NCBI GenBank assembly: GCA_963802255.1 | Contig: CAWDHY010000002.1 | Coordinates: 83,984 to 147,983, forward strand | Direction of reading: 5' to 3' | DNA length: 64,000 nucleotides | Source of the DNA: Candidatus Magasanikiibacteriota bacterium | Lineage (GTDB): Bacteria; Patescibacteriota; Patescibacteriia; Magasanikbacterales; GWA2-37-8 | In this document: positions 29,511 to 40,484 of the stretch, piece by piece | How positions within the stretch are numbered: the first letter of the stretch is position 1 | Layout of the letters: the number at the start of each line of letters is the position of its first letter | Notes under the pieces: model-generated | Told to the model about the DNA's origin: nothing | The model's input: only the letters and a program-made list of their open reading frames with translations | The model's database searches: none | Position numbers and translations under genes: made by a program

Positions 29511-30766
29511 CTTCTTAACTTCCTTTTCTGACGCTGAAAAGAAATGGCAAAACGATGAGCTTCGTCACGGACGCGAATTAATAAATTTTTATTTACGGAA
29601 ATCCAGTCCTGAACGGCTGGATTTTTGATTTTATAAATAAAGTCAGCCTTCTTGCGTTCCGGTCCTTTTGCGATACCGACAATCGGTATGTTCAACCCCT
29701 TGCCTTTAATTATTTTACTTGCGCGATTTATTTGCGGAAGGCCGCCGTCAACCAAAAAAATTGCGGGGAAGGGCCACTCCGTATGTTTCAGCCTCCTCTC
29801 AATCACCTCTCCCAAACAATCGACATCACTTTGGCCGGCGACTGTGTATATAATAAATTTACGATAATCATTTTTAACCGGGCCGTGATTATCAAATACA
29901 ACCATACTGCCAACCTTGCCGCTAGCACCAAGATTAGAAATATCATATCCTTCAATTCGTATTGCTTTTTTGAAACGCGAAAATTTTTCTCTGACAAAAG
30001 CGTCATTGATCAGGGCAATATCGCGTATGCGCTGTAGGGCTTTCTGCTGATCGCGCAAGCGTGCCGCTTCTTCAAAGTCTTCATATCTTGAAGCGGCATC
30101 CATTTCCTTTATAATATTTTTTATTAAATTAATTTTTTTTCCGCTTAAAAATAAAATAAGCGGCGAGATAACTTTTTTCCTGTAATCAGCGCCTGAAAGC
30201 TCACCAGTGCAAACACCCATACACTCCCCCATTTCCCGGTATAAACAAGCGCGTTTTGAGCCGGGTTTGCAAAAAGAAATATGAAATATCCGCCGTAATA
30301 TTTTTAAAGCGGCTTTTACATTCAAACCGGGATACGGCCCGAAAACGCGGCTGAATTTCTTGTCTAATTGATCCTTTTTAATCAGGCGTAATTCTCTCTC
30401 GCGTAATGTGGCGACTTTGGGATATTCTCCTTTCTCAATAACAAAATAATTCCAGCTTTTATCATCCTTCCACATTACATTATATTTGGGCCGATATTTT
30501 TTTATCAGATTCCCTTCTAAAATTACAGCTTCCAATACTGAATCAGTTATCTGGTATTTAACCAGGGATACTTCATGAATCATTAATTCTATCGGACGAG
30601 GGCTTTTTAAACCGCTAAAATAGCTTTTTACCCTATTTTTCAGGGAAGTCGCTTTGCCGACATAAATCAATTCATTCTTCTTTGAGTAAAATAAGTATAC
30701 TCCGGGCTTATTTGGAATTTTTTTTAACGACTGATTGTTTACCTTTAGCCCTCTTGACAATTTCAT
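29507..30766 (-). CDS. uvrC: Excinuclease UvrC (short, no C-terminal HhH)
   Basis: PGVYLF..IYVGKA..RVKSYF, FEEAARLRD, IEGYDISN, LVDGGLPQ, RDEAHRFAI. Confidence 0.9.
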   Translation of the reverse strand: MKLSRGLKVNNQSLKKIPNKPGVYLFYSKKNELIYVGKATSLKNRVKSYFSGLKSPRPIELMIHEVSLVKYQITDSVLEAVILEGNLIKKYRPKYNVMWKDDKSWNYFVIEKGEYPKVATLRERELRLIKKDQLDKKFSRVFGPYPGLNVKAALKILRRIFHISFCKPGSKRACLYREMGECMGVCTGELSGADYRKKVISPLILFLSGKKINLIKNIIKEMDAASRYEDFEEAARLRDQQKALQRIRDIALINDAFVREKFSRFKKAIRIEGYDISNLGASGKVGSMVVFDNHGPVKNDYRKFIIYTVAGQSDVDCLGEVIERRLKHTEWPFPAIFLVDGGLPQINRASKIIKGKGLNIPIVGIAKGPERKKADFIYKIKNPAVQDWISVNKNLLIRVRDEAHRFAISFQRQKRKLRS

Positions 30767-30806
30767 ATTTTTTGACATAATGGTAAGCGTAGAGAAAGGA
30801 GAGAAA

Positions 30807-31139
30807 ATGATTGATAATCTCGATCATGAAACGATTGTGTCGCAACAACTTCGCGAAGCGCTTTACCACTTACGACGCGCTGAAAAAACAAAGCGAAACG
30901 AAGCAGTGGTCAAGATCTACAAGAACATTGTAGCGCCACGACGACCGGGTTTGAGCGGTTTTATCACTGACCTATTTCGCGGCCGAATTATCATGCCAGG
31001 AAGAGAAGATTCAATCGCCAACGAATTAATCGCACGCCTTCGCGAATATGGCTACAACGCCATTAAAGTGACCAACCGAAAAACCGCAATTGTAAAGTTA
31101 ACTGTTACACTCCGCCATGCCGCTCATTCATCCGCCTAG
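30807..31139 (+). CDS. Small hypothetical protein, antiparallel between uvrA and uvrC
   Basis: AAGGAG before ATG at 30807; TTGACA-16-CATAAT at 30754-30781; terminator at 31150. Confidence 0.65.
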   Translation: MIDNLDHETIVSQQLREALYHLRRAEKTKRNEAVVKIYKNIVAPRRPGLSGFITDLFRGRIIMPGREDSIANELIARLREYGYNAIKVTNRKTAIVKLTVTLRHAAHSSA

Positions 31140-31149
31140 GCCCATTCCC

Positions 31150-31174
31150 AAAGAGGCATCATCGCCTCTTTTTT
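31150..31174 (+). terminator. Intrinsic terminator
   Basis: AAAGAGGC/GCCTCTTT followed by a T tract. Confidence 0.6.
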
Positions 31175-31178
31175 CATA

Positions 31179-33746
31179 TTACTTCAATATCCGCCGTAAG
31201 TAAAAACCTGTGTAACTGCCGGCTTTTCTCGCCAGCTCTTCAGGCGTACCCGTCGCCACCACTTGACCGCCTTTATCTCCGCCTTCCGGGCCCAAATCTA
31301 TCACCCAGTCGGCATTTTTAATTACATCCAAATTATGCTCAATCACTATTATAGTATTTCCTTGTGAAACTAAACGCTGTAAAACTTCAAGTAATTTTCT
31401 CACATCATCATAATGCAGTCCTGTTGTCGGTTCATCCAGTAAATACAAAGTTCGCGTATGCCCGTATTTAGATAATTCCTTAGATAATTTTATCCGCTGA
31501 GCCTCACCGCCCGATAGCGTGGTAGCCGATTGCCCTAACGTAAGATAATCCAATCCGACCTCACTTAACATTTTTAGTTTATCGCTAATTTGCGGAATGT
31601 CTTTAAAAAATGTTTTTGCTTCAGCCACAGTCATTTTCAATATATCAGAAATATTCTTACCTTTAAAATGGACTGCCAACGTTTCCTGATTAAATCTTTT
31701 ACCTTTGCAAACATCGCAAATAATTTCCACACTCGGTAAAAAATGCATCTCAATTTCAAGTGTCCCGCGTCCTTCACAGTTTTCACATCTTCCGCCGGGA
31801 ACATTGAAACTGAACCGCCCCGGGCCGAAGCCGCGCATCCGTGATTCCGCGGTTGCAGAAAACAGTTCACGAATGTGATCAAAGGCCTTTGTATAGGTAG
31901 CCGGATTTGAGCGTGGTGTCCTGCCAATAGGACTTTGATCAATGGTAATAATGCCGTCAAGATACTCACTGCCGGTAATGGATTTAATTTTCCCCGCCGG
32001 CTTATTCATTCTAAAAAAACGATTCTGCAAATTGCGCTGGATGATATCGTGCATCAAAGTTGATTTTCCCGAGCCGGATACTCCGGTTAAACAAACAAAC
32101 CTACGCAATGGAATTTCAACATCAATATTTTTTATATTATGTTCGGCCGCACCTTTAATTTTTAATTTTGGAGTTGCGCCGTCAACTTTGCGTCGTTTCT
32201 CAGGTAAATCAATCTTTTTCTCCCCTCGTAAATATTGGCCAGTGAGAGATTTGACCGGGTCACCAAGGTATTCATGTTTTTTACCTTTTGTATCCGGCGT
32301 TAATATTCCTGCCAAAGGTCCTGAATAAACAATTTCTCCACCATGTTTACCGGCTCCCGGCCCAATATCCACTATCCAATCACTTGTCAGTATAGTGTCT
32401 TCATCGTGCTCAACGACAATAATCGTATTGCCGATATCGCAAAGATTACGCAACGTTTTAACCAGTTGCTCGTTATCTTTTTGGTGTAGCCCGATTGTCG
32501 GCTCGTCTAAAACGTATAACGCTCCGACTAGCCGGGTGCCAACTTGGGACGCCAGACGGATACGTTGAGCCTCACCGCCCGAAAGCGTTCCAGCGCGGCG
32601 TTCAAGAGTCAAATAATGCAAACCGACGTTAAACATAAAATCTAAACGATTATTAACCTCGCGAACAACTGCTCCGGAAATCTCCCTTTCTTTTTCCGCC
32701 AGATTATTTTCCAGATGACCAAAAAATTCCCGCGCTTCAGAAATCGTCATGGACGCAATCTCCCAAATATTTTTATTATAAACGCGCACGCTTAAAGCGT
32801 TGTCGTTAAGACGCTTACCCTGACATTTAGGACAAACTTCCTCGCTAAATAATTCTTTGGTGCCAAGGCCGGTACAAGCTTCGCAATATCCGTAAGGGCT
32901 GTTAAAACTAAAAAGGCGCGGCTCTATTTCCGGAAAACTGAAACCATCATGCGGACATGAATATTCGGTGCTAAAAATTCTTTCTTCCCTGTCAGGAAAA
33001 ATTACACTAATAAGCCCATTGGATAAATCAACCGCTGTTTCGATTGACTCAGATAACCGCTGTTCTGTTTCTTTGTCATTTTTTAATTTCTCGGCGCTGT
33101 CAAACAAAATCCGGTCAACCACCACCTCGATAGTATGTTTATTATTTTTTGATAAAATCACCCGCTCCCGCAAACTGTAAAATTTTCCGTCGATGCGCAC
33201 TTCGGCAAAGCCGGAATTATATAAATCATAAAGCATTTGATAATATTCTCCTTTTCTACCACGCACTACCGGCGAAAGAATAATTAGTTCGCGTATTTTT
33301 TTGCCGTCAGCGCTTGTCCGCGATACAATCTGTTCTTTTATTTCGTCCGAAGTCATCCGCTCAATTTTATGTCCGCAAATCGGACAGTATGGCGTGCCAA
33401 CGCGCGCAAAAAGCACGCGCAAATAATCATATATCTCGGTAATGGTGGCGACCGTGGAACGAGGGTTGGCGCTATGCGCTTTTTGGTCAATGGAAATGGC
33501 CGGCGACAAACCTTCAATTTCATCCACATCCGGTTTTTGCATCCCACCCAAAAATTGCCGGGCATAGGCGGAAAGTGATTCTACATAACGGCGTTGGCCT
33601 TCGGCAAAAATAGTATCAAACGCTAAAGAGGACTTGCCCGATCCGGACAGTCCAGTGAACACAATCATTTTGTTGCGCGGAATCTCAAGATTAATATTTT
33701 TAAGATTGTGTTCCCGCGCCCCTTTGATTATTATTTTTTCCTGCAT
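31179..33746 (-). CDS. uvrA: Excinuclease ABC subunit A
   Basis: [23 protein letters not shown], two LSGGEAQRI signatures, Zn fingers. Confidence 0.97.
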   Translation of the reverse strand: MQEKIIIKGAREHNLKNINLEIPRNKMIVFTGLSGSGKSSLAFDTIFAEGQRRYVESLSAYARQFLGGMQKPDVDEIEGLSPAISIDQKAHSANPRSTVATITEIYDYLRVLFARVGTPYCPICGHKIERMTSDEIKEQIVSRTSADGKKIRELIILSPVVRGRKGEYYQMLYDLYNSGFAEVRIDGKFYSLRERVILSKNNKHTIEVVVDRILFDSAEKLKNDKETEQRLSESIETAVDLSNGLISVIFPDREERIFSTEYSCPHDGFSFPEIEPRLFSFNSPYGYCEACTGLGTKELFSEEVCPKCQGKRLNDNALSVRVYNKNIWEIASMTISEAREFFGHLENNLAEKEREISGAVVREVNNRLDFMFNVGLHYLTLERRAGTLSGGEAQRIRLASQVGTRLVGALYVLDEPTIGLHQKDNEQLVKTLRNLCDIGNTIIVVEHDEDTILTSDWIVDIGPGAGKHGGEIVYSGPLAGILTPDTKGKKHEYLGDPVKSLTGQYLRGEKKIDLPEKRRKVDGATPKLKIKGAAEHNIKNIDVEIPLRRFVCLTGVSGSGKSTLMHDIIQRNLQNRFFRMNKPAGKIKSITGSEYLDGIITIDQSPIGRTPRSNPATYTKAFDHIRELFSATAESRMRGFGPGRFSFNVPGGRCENCEGRGTLEIEMHFLPSVEIICDVCKGKRFNQETLAVHFKGKNISDILKMTVAEAKTFFKDIPQISDKLKMLSEVGLDYLTLGQSATTLSGGEAQRIKLSKELSKYGHTRTLYLLDEPTTGLHYDDVRKLLEVLQRLVSQGNTIIVIEHNLDVIKNADWVIDLGPEGGDKGGQVVATGTPEELARKAGSYTGFYLRRILK

Positions 33747-33751
33747 GTATT

Positions 33752-34124
33752 TGTCATTCTGAGCGAAGCGAAGAATCCCTTAACTCCATTCTTCACTCAA
33801 ATCTTTCCACTGTGGATTAACAGTTTTTATCAAATTTGCCTTTTTCATCCTCAACCAGCCCTTTATTGTTTTTTCTCTCGCAATCGCATTATTTATGTCA
33901 GAAAAATATTCATAGTATACTAATCTTTTGCAACCATATTTTTTTGTAAATCCCTCAATCAAACCCTGCTTATGTTCGGAAATGCGTCGTTCCAAATTGT
34001 TGGTGACGCCAACATAAAGCGTACCGGTAGCGCTTGACAAAATGTATACGTAAAAATTGTAATTCCGCATATTTTTACGCAAGGGATCCTTCAGTCGCCC
34101 TTTTAGGACTCCCTCAGGATGACA
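33752..34124. mobile_element. Putative element: GIY-YIG gene bracketed by inverted TGTC-tagged palindromes
   Basis: Left TGTCATTCTGAGCGAAGCGAAGAATCCC (33752-33779, +); right TGTCATCCTGAGGGAGTCCTAAAAGGGCGACTGAAGGATCCC (34124-34083, -). Confidence 0.65.
33780..34070 (-). CDS. Small standalone GIY-YIG endonuclease (96 aa)
   Basis: FYVYIL..TLYVGVTNNLERRISEHK, AIAREKTIK, NPQWKDL; start MRNYN at 34070. Confidence 0.92.
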   Translation of the reverse strand: MRNYNFYVYILSSATGTLYVGVTNNLERRISEHKQGLIEGFTKKYGCKRLVYYEYFSDINNAIAREKTIKGWLRMKKANLIKTVNPQWKDLSEEWS

Positions 34125-34202
34125 TGGTGAACGATAGCCAAAAGCCCCGGCATCTTGCGATACTAGGGGGTCATAAAACAATACCTATATTTTCTCACAC
34201 TG

Positions 34203-36338
34203 TCAATGTTTCTTCAATTCTCTTACCTCATCCCGCAAAATCGCTGCCAGTTCAAATTCCAAATTCTTGGCCGCTTCGCGCATTTGCTTTTCTTTGTCTT
34301 TGATAATTTCCGCAATCGGGCGCGCGTCACCGATTGTATCTAGTTTCGCGATTGACTCGGCTTGTTTTTGCCGGAATGATTTCTTATTTTTATCTTTTGT
34401 AGAAGTAATTCCAAACTCTTCCAAAATATTTCTGATAGTCTTTTCAATCGTCTTTGGCGTAATTCCATGTTTCATATTATACGCCAGCTGAATTTTCCGG
34501 CGTCTTTCCGTTTCGCGGATGGCACGCTTAATTGAGCCTGTTATTTCGTCGGCATATAACACTACCAGCCCGTTGATATTGCGGGCGGCACGCCCGATTG
34601 TTTGGACAAGTGATGTGGTGCTGCGCAAAAAACCTTCTTTATCCGCGTCTAAAATTGCCACAAAAGAGACCTCAGGCATGTCTAAACCTTCCCGCAACAA
34701 ATTCACGCCGACAATCACGTCAATATTACCACGGCGCAAATCGGTAATAATTTCTATGCGCTCAACCGTCTTGATGTCGCTATGCAAATATTTTACTTTA
34801 ACTTTTTTCTTCTCAAGATACTCTGATAAGTCTTCAGCCATTTTTTTTGTGAGCGTTGTCACCAAAACCCGTTCTCCTTTTTTGACGCGCTCATCAATAC
34901 GGATAAGCAAATCTTCGATTTGGGATAGATGCGGTTTGTCATCCTGAGCGTTAGCGAAGGATCCCTCGATGGTAGATTTAAGGGATTCTTCACTTCGCTG
35001 CGCTTCGTTCAGAATGACAGACGAACCCGCTCGCCCCGTAACCGGGCGAATGATTACTTCGGGGTCAATTAAACCTGTCGGGCGAACAATTTGTTCAGCC
35101 ACCTGACGGCTTGCAAGAATTTCATATTCATCAGGCGTGGCTGACATGTAAATTGTTTTATCTGTTTTGCTTTCAAATTCAGCGTAATCAAGAGGCCGGT
35201 TATCTCTGGCAGAGGGCAGCCTGAAACCGTGTTCAATTAAGACATCCTTCCGCGATTTATCGCCGGCGTACATTCCGCGTATTTGCGGTACGGTTACATG
35301 CGATTCATCGATAATTGTCAAAAAACGGCCCCGATCCCCTGTTTTTTCAGTCCCATATAAAAAATAATCCAACAGGGTGAAAGGCGGCTCACCTGAAATG
35401 CGTCCGTCAAAATGTCGAGAGTAATTTTCTATGCCGTTACAGTAACCAATATTTTTTATCATTTCCAAATCATAATTCGTCCGGCGTTTCAGCCGTTCGT
35501 ATTCCAATACTTTTCCTGCTTTTTCAAATTTTTTGAGCTGTGATTTTAATTCTTCACGAATTTCTTTAAACGCTGTCTCTTTTACTCCCTCATCAACTAC
35601 ATAATGTTTTGACGGAAAAAGCCACAGATCACTTTGTGTTCTGACAACTTTTCGCGTAATTGGATCAATTACTTCAATATATTCAATTTTTTCCGAAATG
35701 CCAAAACGATAAATTTTTTCTTCATTTACCGGCATTATTTCAAATACCTGCCCATGAAGACGAAACGAACCGCGCTTTAAATCGGAATTTGTTCTTTCAA
35801 ATTGCATATCAACCAGCTGCTTCAACATATCCCTGCGATTTAGCGCGTCGTTAACCGACAAGTGCAAAACAATTTTTTCATATTCTTTCGGCGAACCCAA
35901 GCCGTAAATAGCGGAAACTGAAGCAACAATTATTACATCACGGCGCGTAAGCAAGGCTTGCGTGCAGGCGTGACGCAGACGATCAATTTCGTCATTAATC
36001 ATCGCCTCTTTTTCTATATAAGTATCCGTATTTGGTAAATATGCTTCCGGCTGATAATAGTCATAATAGGAAACAAAATATTCGACCGCGTTTTCCGGAA
36101 AAAATTCACGGAACTCATTACAAAGCTGGGCAGCCAAAGTTTTATTATGCGCTATTACCAACGTCGGCATTTGAACTTTTTCAATTACGCTTGCGGCTGT
36201 AAATGTCTTGCCTGAACCGGTAACGCCAAGCAAGGTTTGTTTATCAAACCCCTTATTTAAACCATCGACCAATTGGTCGATGGCCTTGGGCTGATCTCCA
36301 GCCGGTTTGTATTTTGAATGCAATTTAAATGCAGACAT
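34203..36338 (-). CDS. uvrB: Excinuclease ABC subunit B, with in-frame repeat insertion
   Basis: GVTGSGKT, YYDYYQPEAY, DESH, QTIGRAARN, FELAAILRD. Confidence 0.97.
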   Translation of the reverse strand: MSAFKLHSKYKPAGDQPKAIDQLVDGLNKGFDKQTLLGVTGSGKTFTAASVIEKVQMPTLVIAHNKTLAAQLCNEFREFFPENAVEYFVSYYDYYQPEAYLPNTDTYIEKEAMINDEIDRLRHACTQALLTRRDVIIVASVSAIYGLGSPKEYEKIVLHLSVNDALNRRDMLKQLVDMQFERTNSDLKRGSFRLHGQVFEIMPVNEEKIYRFGISEKIEYIEVIDPITRKVVRTQSDLWLFPSKHYVVDEGVKETAFKEIREELKSQLKKFEKAGKVLEYERLKRRTNYDLEMIKNIGYCNGIENYSRHFDGRISGEPPFTLLDYFLYGTEKTGDRGRFLTIIDESHVTVPQIRGMYAGDKSRKDVLIEHGFRLPSARDNRPLDYAEFESKTDKTIYMSATPDEYEILASRQVAEQIVRPTGLIDPEVIIRPVTGRAGSSVILNEAQRSEESLKSTIEGSFANAQDDKPHLSQIEDLLIRIDERVKKGERVLVTTLTKKMAEDLSEYLEKKKVKVKYLHSDIKTVERIEIITDLRRGNIDVIVGVNLLREGLDMPEVSFVAILDADKEGFLRSTTSLVQTIGRAARNINGLVVLYADEITGSIKRAIRETERRRKIQLAYNMKHGITPKTIEKTIRNILEEFGITSTKDKNKKSFRQKQAESIAKLDTIGDARPIAEIIKDKEKQMREAAKNLEFELAAILRDEVRELKKH
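34937..35019. repeat. Inverted doublet of TGTC-tagged palindromes (family A) inside uvrB
   Basis: TGTCATCCTGAGCGTTAGCGAAGGATCCCT, 14 bp, AGGGATTCTTCACTTCGCTGCGCTTCGTTCAGAATGACA. Confidence 0.9.
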
Positions 36339-36343
36339 ATCAT

Positions 36344-36529
36344 CTAATCTGTATTCGATTTATTTTTTGTATAAATTAAACGTCGTATCTTATCATCAAT
36401 TTCTTTAAGCCGTTTTTTATAATTTGGGTCTCTTGGATTTAAACGACGTTTCTGTCCTTCCAAACTTTTTAGGTCGTTCCCATCTTTCCTTATCGCCATA
36501 AACATACTTGCGTCAAATTTTTCCGACAT
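36344..36529 (-). CDS. Small basic hypothetical protein
   Basis: 61-aa ORF tightly packed in the operon. Confidence 0.6.
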   Translation of the reverse strand: MSEKFDASMFMAIRKDGNDLKSLEGQKRRLNPRDPNYKKRLKEIDDKIRRLIYTKNKSNTD

Positions 36530-36533
36530 ATAT

Positions 36534-37025
36534 TTAAAATATTTTATCCGCTCCCACGGTGACGAGCAGGGTTAATATTGAAGAAATAAATATCCCGCCT
36601 AATACATATGGCCATGCCTTGCGAAACGGAATGCCAAATACAAAAGCAGCCAAGGCCCCTGTCCAAGCACCGGTAATAGGCAGTGGAATACCAATAAAAA
36701 TAAGTAAGCCAATCAAACCATATTTTTGATATTCTCCGCTAAATTTATTCTGAGCGCGCTGTAAGGCCTTTAGCCAACCTCTTGAGAGGATGCCGGACTT
36801 TTTATCAATATATTCGTGAAATCGTTTGGCAAAAAATAAAATAATCATTGCCGGAACGGCATTTCCAATAACTGATAATAAAACCGCTTTCCAAATCGGA
36901 AAATGGAATACTAAAATCGCGACCGGCAAAGCCAGACGCAATTCTCCGACCGGTGTCATCGCCATAAGAACTGTAGCAATTTCCGGCGGAAATGCAGAAA
37001 AAAACTGGGTAATTGTTTCCAACAT
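36534..37025 (-). CDS. Putative small multidrug export family membrane protein
   Basis: MTPVGELRLALP, FIGIPLPITGAWTGAL. Confidence 0.85.
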   Translation of the reverse strand: MLETITQFFSAFPPEIATVLMAMTPVGELRLALPVAILVFHFPIWKAVLLSVIGNAVPAMIILFFAKRFHEYIDKKSGILSRGWLKALQRAQNKFSGEYQKYGLIGLLIFIGIPLPITGAWTGALAAFVFGIPFRKAWPYVLGGIFISSILTLLVTVGADKIF

Positions 37026-37057
37026 AACATGAAATTCGTATAATTCATTTTACCAGC

Positions 37058-37088
37058 AAAAAACGCGCCCGACAAGGCGCGTTTTTTT
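37058..37088 (-). terminator. Intrinsic terminator after groL
   Basis: AAAAAACGCGCC/GGCGCGTTTTTT. Confidence 0.75.
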
Positions 37089-37104
37089 AGAAAATAAATG
37101 CGAA

Positions 37105-38760
<1,656 letters not shown>

Positions 38761-39066
38761 TTATTCTAAAATTGCGACCACATCGCTTTTGTCTTCTTCT
38801 TTTCCGACAAATAAAATTTTAAATTCTTGTTCATCAATGCCGCGCCCTGTTTTAATATCCTCTCCGCCCCATTTCTTGTATAAAATTTTATCACCAACCT
38901 TTAAACCCAATTTAGCTATATATTCACCATTGCCCACGGCAATAATTTCACCTTCAGCCTTTTTTTCTTTATCAACAGTATCCGGCAAAAAAATACCTGA
39001 AGCGGTAACTTCCTCCTCCTTTGTCGGTTTGACCAGTACACGATCGCCCAATGGCTTGATATTCAT
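38761..39066 (-). CDS. groS: Co-chaperonin GroES
   Basis: [20 protein letters not shown]. Confidence 0.97.
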   Translation of the reverse strand: MNIKPLGDRVLVKPTKEEEVTASGIFLPDTVDKEKKAEGEIIAVGNGEYIAKLGLKVGDKILYKKWGGEDIKTGRGIDEQEFKILFVGKEEDKSDVVAILE

Positions 39067-39100
39067 ATTATATTAAGATTAAATAATAAATGTTTCTAAA

Positions 39101-39127
39101 TTATCACTCAATAATGTTGAGTGATAA
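39101..39127. promoter_or_regulatory. CIRCE-like operator (variant) upstream of groES
   Basis: TTATCACTC-N9-GAGTGATAA, downstream of promoter TTGACA-16-TAAAAT (39164-39137). Confidence 0.8.
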
Positions 39128-39160
39128 CGCGATTACATTTTAGCTCATTTTGATTAAATG

Positions 39161-40480
39161 TCAAGTCCTCTCCAATGGCAACCCGTCCACACTCTCATCT
39201 TTCGCTAAACCAAGGCCAAAAATGACCCAAAAAAGCGCCTGTCCTATGTATAAAGACCACAAAAAATGATCAAATATGCCGGCTACGAACAATGCAAAAA
39301 TAACACCGAGAAACAAAGGCCTCTTCTTCCAAATTTGAAAAACTAGAAAAATCACCAATGTATTTAAAATAATGTATCCAATCAGCCCAAGCTCGGTCAA
39401 TGATAATAAATATATATTATGCACCGGCTCATACGAACCAAAGGCTGGAGGTGAAAAATAACCGGCCATGGCATAAGTGTAAAGACCCGGACCGACTCCC
39501 ATAAAAATATTCTGATTCAAAATTAATGCATTTTGTCTGTATTGTTCCAAACGGGCATCGCGCGATATATTTTCAAATACTCCGTGGCCGGCTATCCGGA
39601 CATAATATGCCGAACAATAGAATGCCGAAATAACCAAAGCAACTGCAAAAACTGCAACCAGTTGTTCAATAACCGGTTTTACCTCGCCGGACATTTTTTT
39701 TATCTTAACTACGATAAAATAAACAATAGATCCCGCAATCATTGCAACTATAGCATTACGGGAAAATGAAAACATAATTCCGGCACCGATAATCATCTGG
39801 CCGATAAGGAAAAACGGGCGGTATCTCGGCTTGACATATTTGTAAATTATAAAACCTATTAATAACGCCAGAGCCAAATATACTCCAAGAGTATTCGGCC
39901 AGCCAAAAGCCCCGTAGGCCCGCAGCCATCGCTCCGATTCGGTCTGTACAACCGCCACACCGGTGTCAAAAGACCGGTGAGAAGCAATCCCCAGCCATTT
40001 GCTTGGTGCCGTCTCTTGGACGAAAAATTGAAGCACGGCCAGATAGCCCTGCAGCGTAGCAGAACTCCAAAAAGCCAAACTCATTTGTTTAAAATTCAAA
40101 TTCGAAACAACTAAACATATCATTAAACAAATTGAACCCAGCAATCGGCTGATAAATTGAGCACTTATTTCTTTTTCAGGAGAAGCCGAATAAAAATATG
40201 CGATTAAAATAGCAATCGCTACGCCAAGAACAAGCGCCGGCCACCGGCGCAATAAATGTGAACGGCTGATAATTTTTTCACGAAAATTTTTGTTTCCAAA
40301 AAGACGGACACCAGTAAGAATTACAATCAACCACAGCAATATTTCCGTGCCGTAGAAGCTTAACGTTCCATATTCCCAAGAATGCCCATTCAATTCAGCC
40401 AGTCCATAAATCCATCTCGTTTGCCAAGGAAGGAGAAAAAGAAATGTTAATATCAGCCAGTTAGTTATTCTTGATAACAT
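39161..40480 (-). CDS. O-antigen ligase/Wzy-like membrane protein
   Basis: RAYGAFGWPN, SFSR, GVGPGLY, PVHNIYL..ELGLIG. Confidence 0.85.
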   Translation of the reverse strand: MLSRITNWLILTFLFLLPWQTRWIYGLAELNGHSWEYGTLSFYGTEILLWLIVILTGVRLFGNKNFREKIISRSHLLRRWPALVLGVAIAILIAYFYSASPEKEISAQFISRLLGSICLMICLVVSNLNFKQMSLAFWSSATLQGYLAVLQFFVQETAPSKWLGIASHRSFDTGVAVVQTESERWLRAYGAFGWPNTLGVYLALALLIGFIIYKYVKPRYRPFFLIGQMIIGAGIMFSFSRNAIVAMIAGSIVYFIVVKIKKMSGEVKPVIEQLVAVFAVALVISAFYCSAYYVRIAGHGVFENISRDARLEQYRQNALILNQNIFMGVGPGLYTYAMAGYFSPPAFGSYEPVHNIYLLSLTELGLIGYIILNTLVIFLVFQIWKKRPLFLGVIFALFVAGIFDHFLWSLYIGQALFWVIFGLGLAKDESVDGLPLERT

Positions 40481-40484
40481 ATTC

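Noticed and set aside
1145-33746. Short AspRS, UvrA and UvrC as pseudogenes
   Set aside because: Catalytic motifs are intact and the ORFs uninterrupted; consistent with streamlined domain loss.
34144-34170. Imperfect hairpin CCCCGGCATC-TTGC-GATACTAGGGG next to the GIY-YIG element
   Set aside because: Weak pairing, no TGTC tag and no second copy in the window; cannot be assigned.
34071-34181. N-terminal extension of the GIY-YIG ORF in the track (MFYDPL...CHPEGVLKGRLKDP)
   Set aside because: It is translation through the right-hand repeat; the domain starts at MRNYN (34070).
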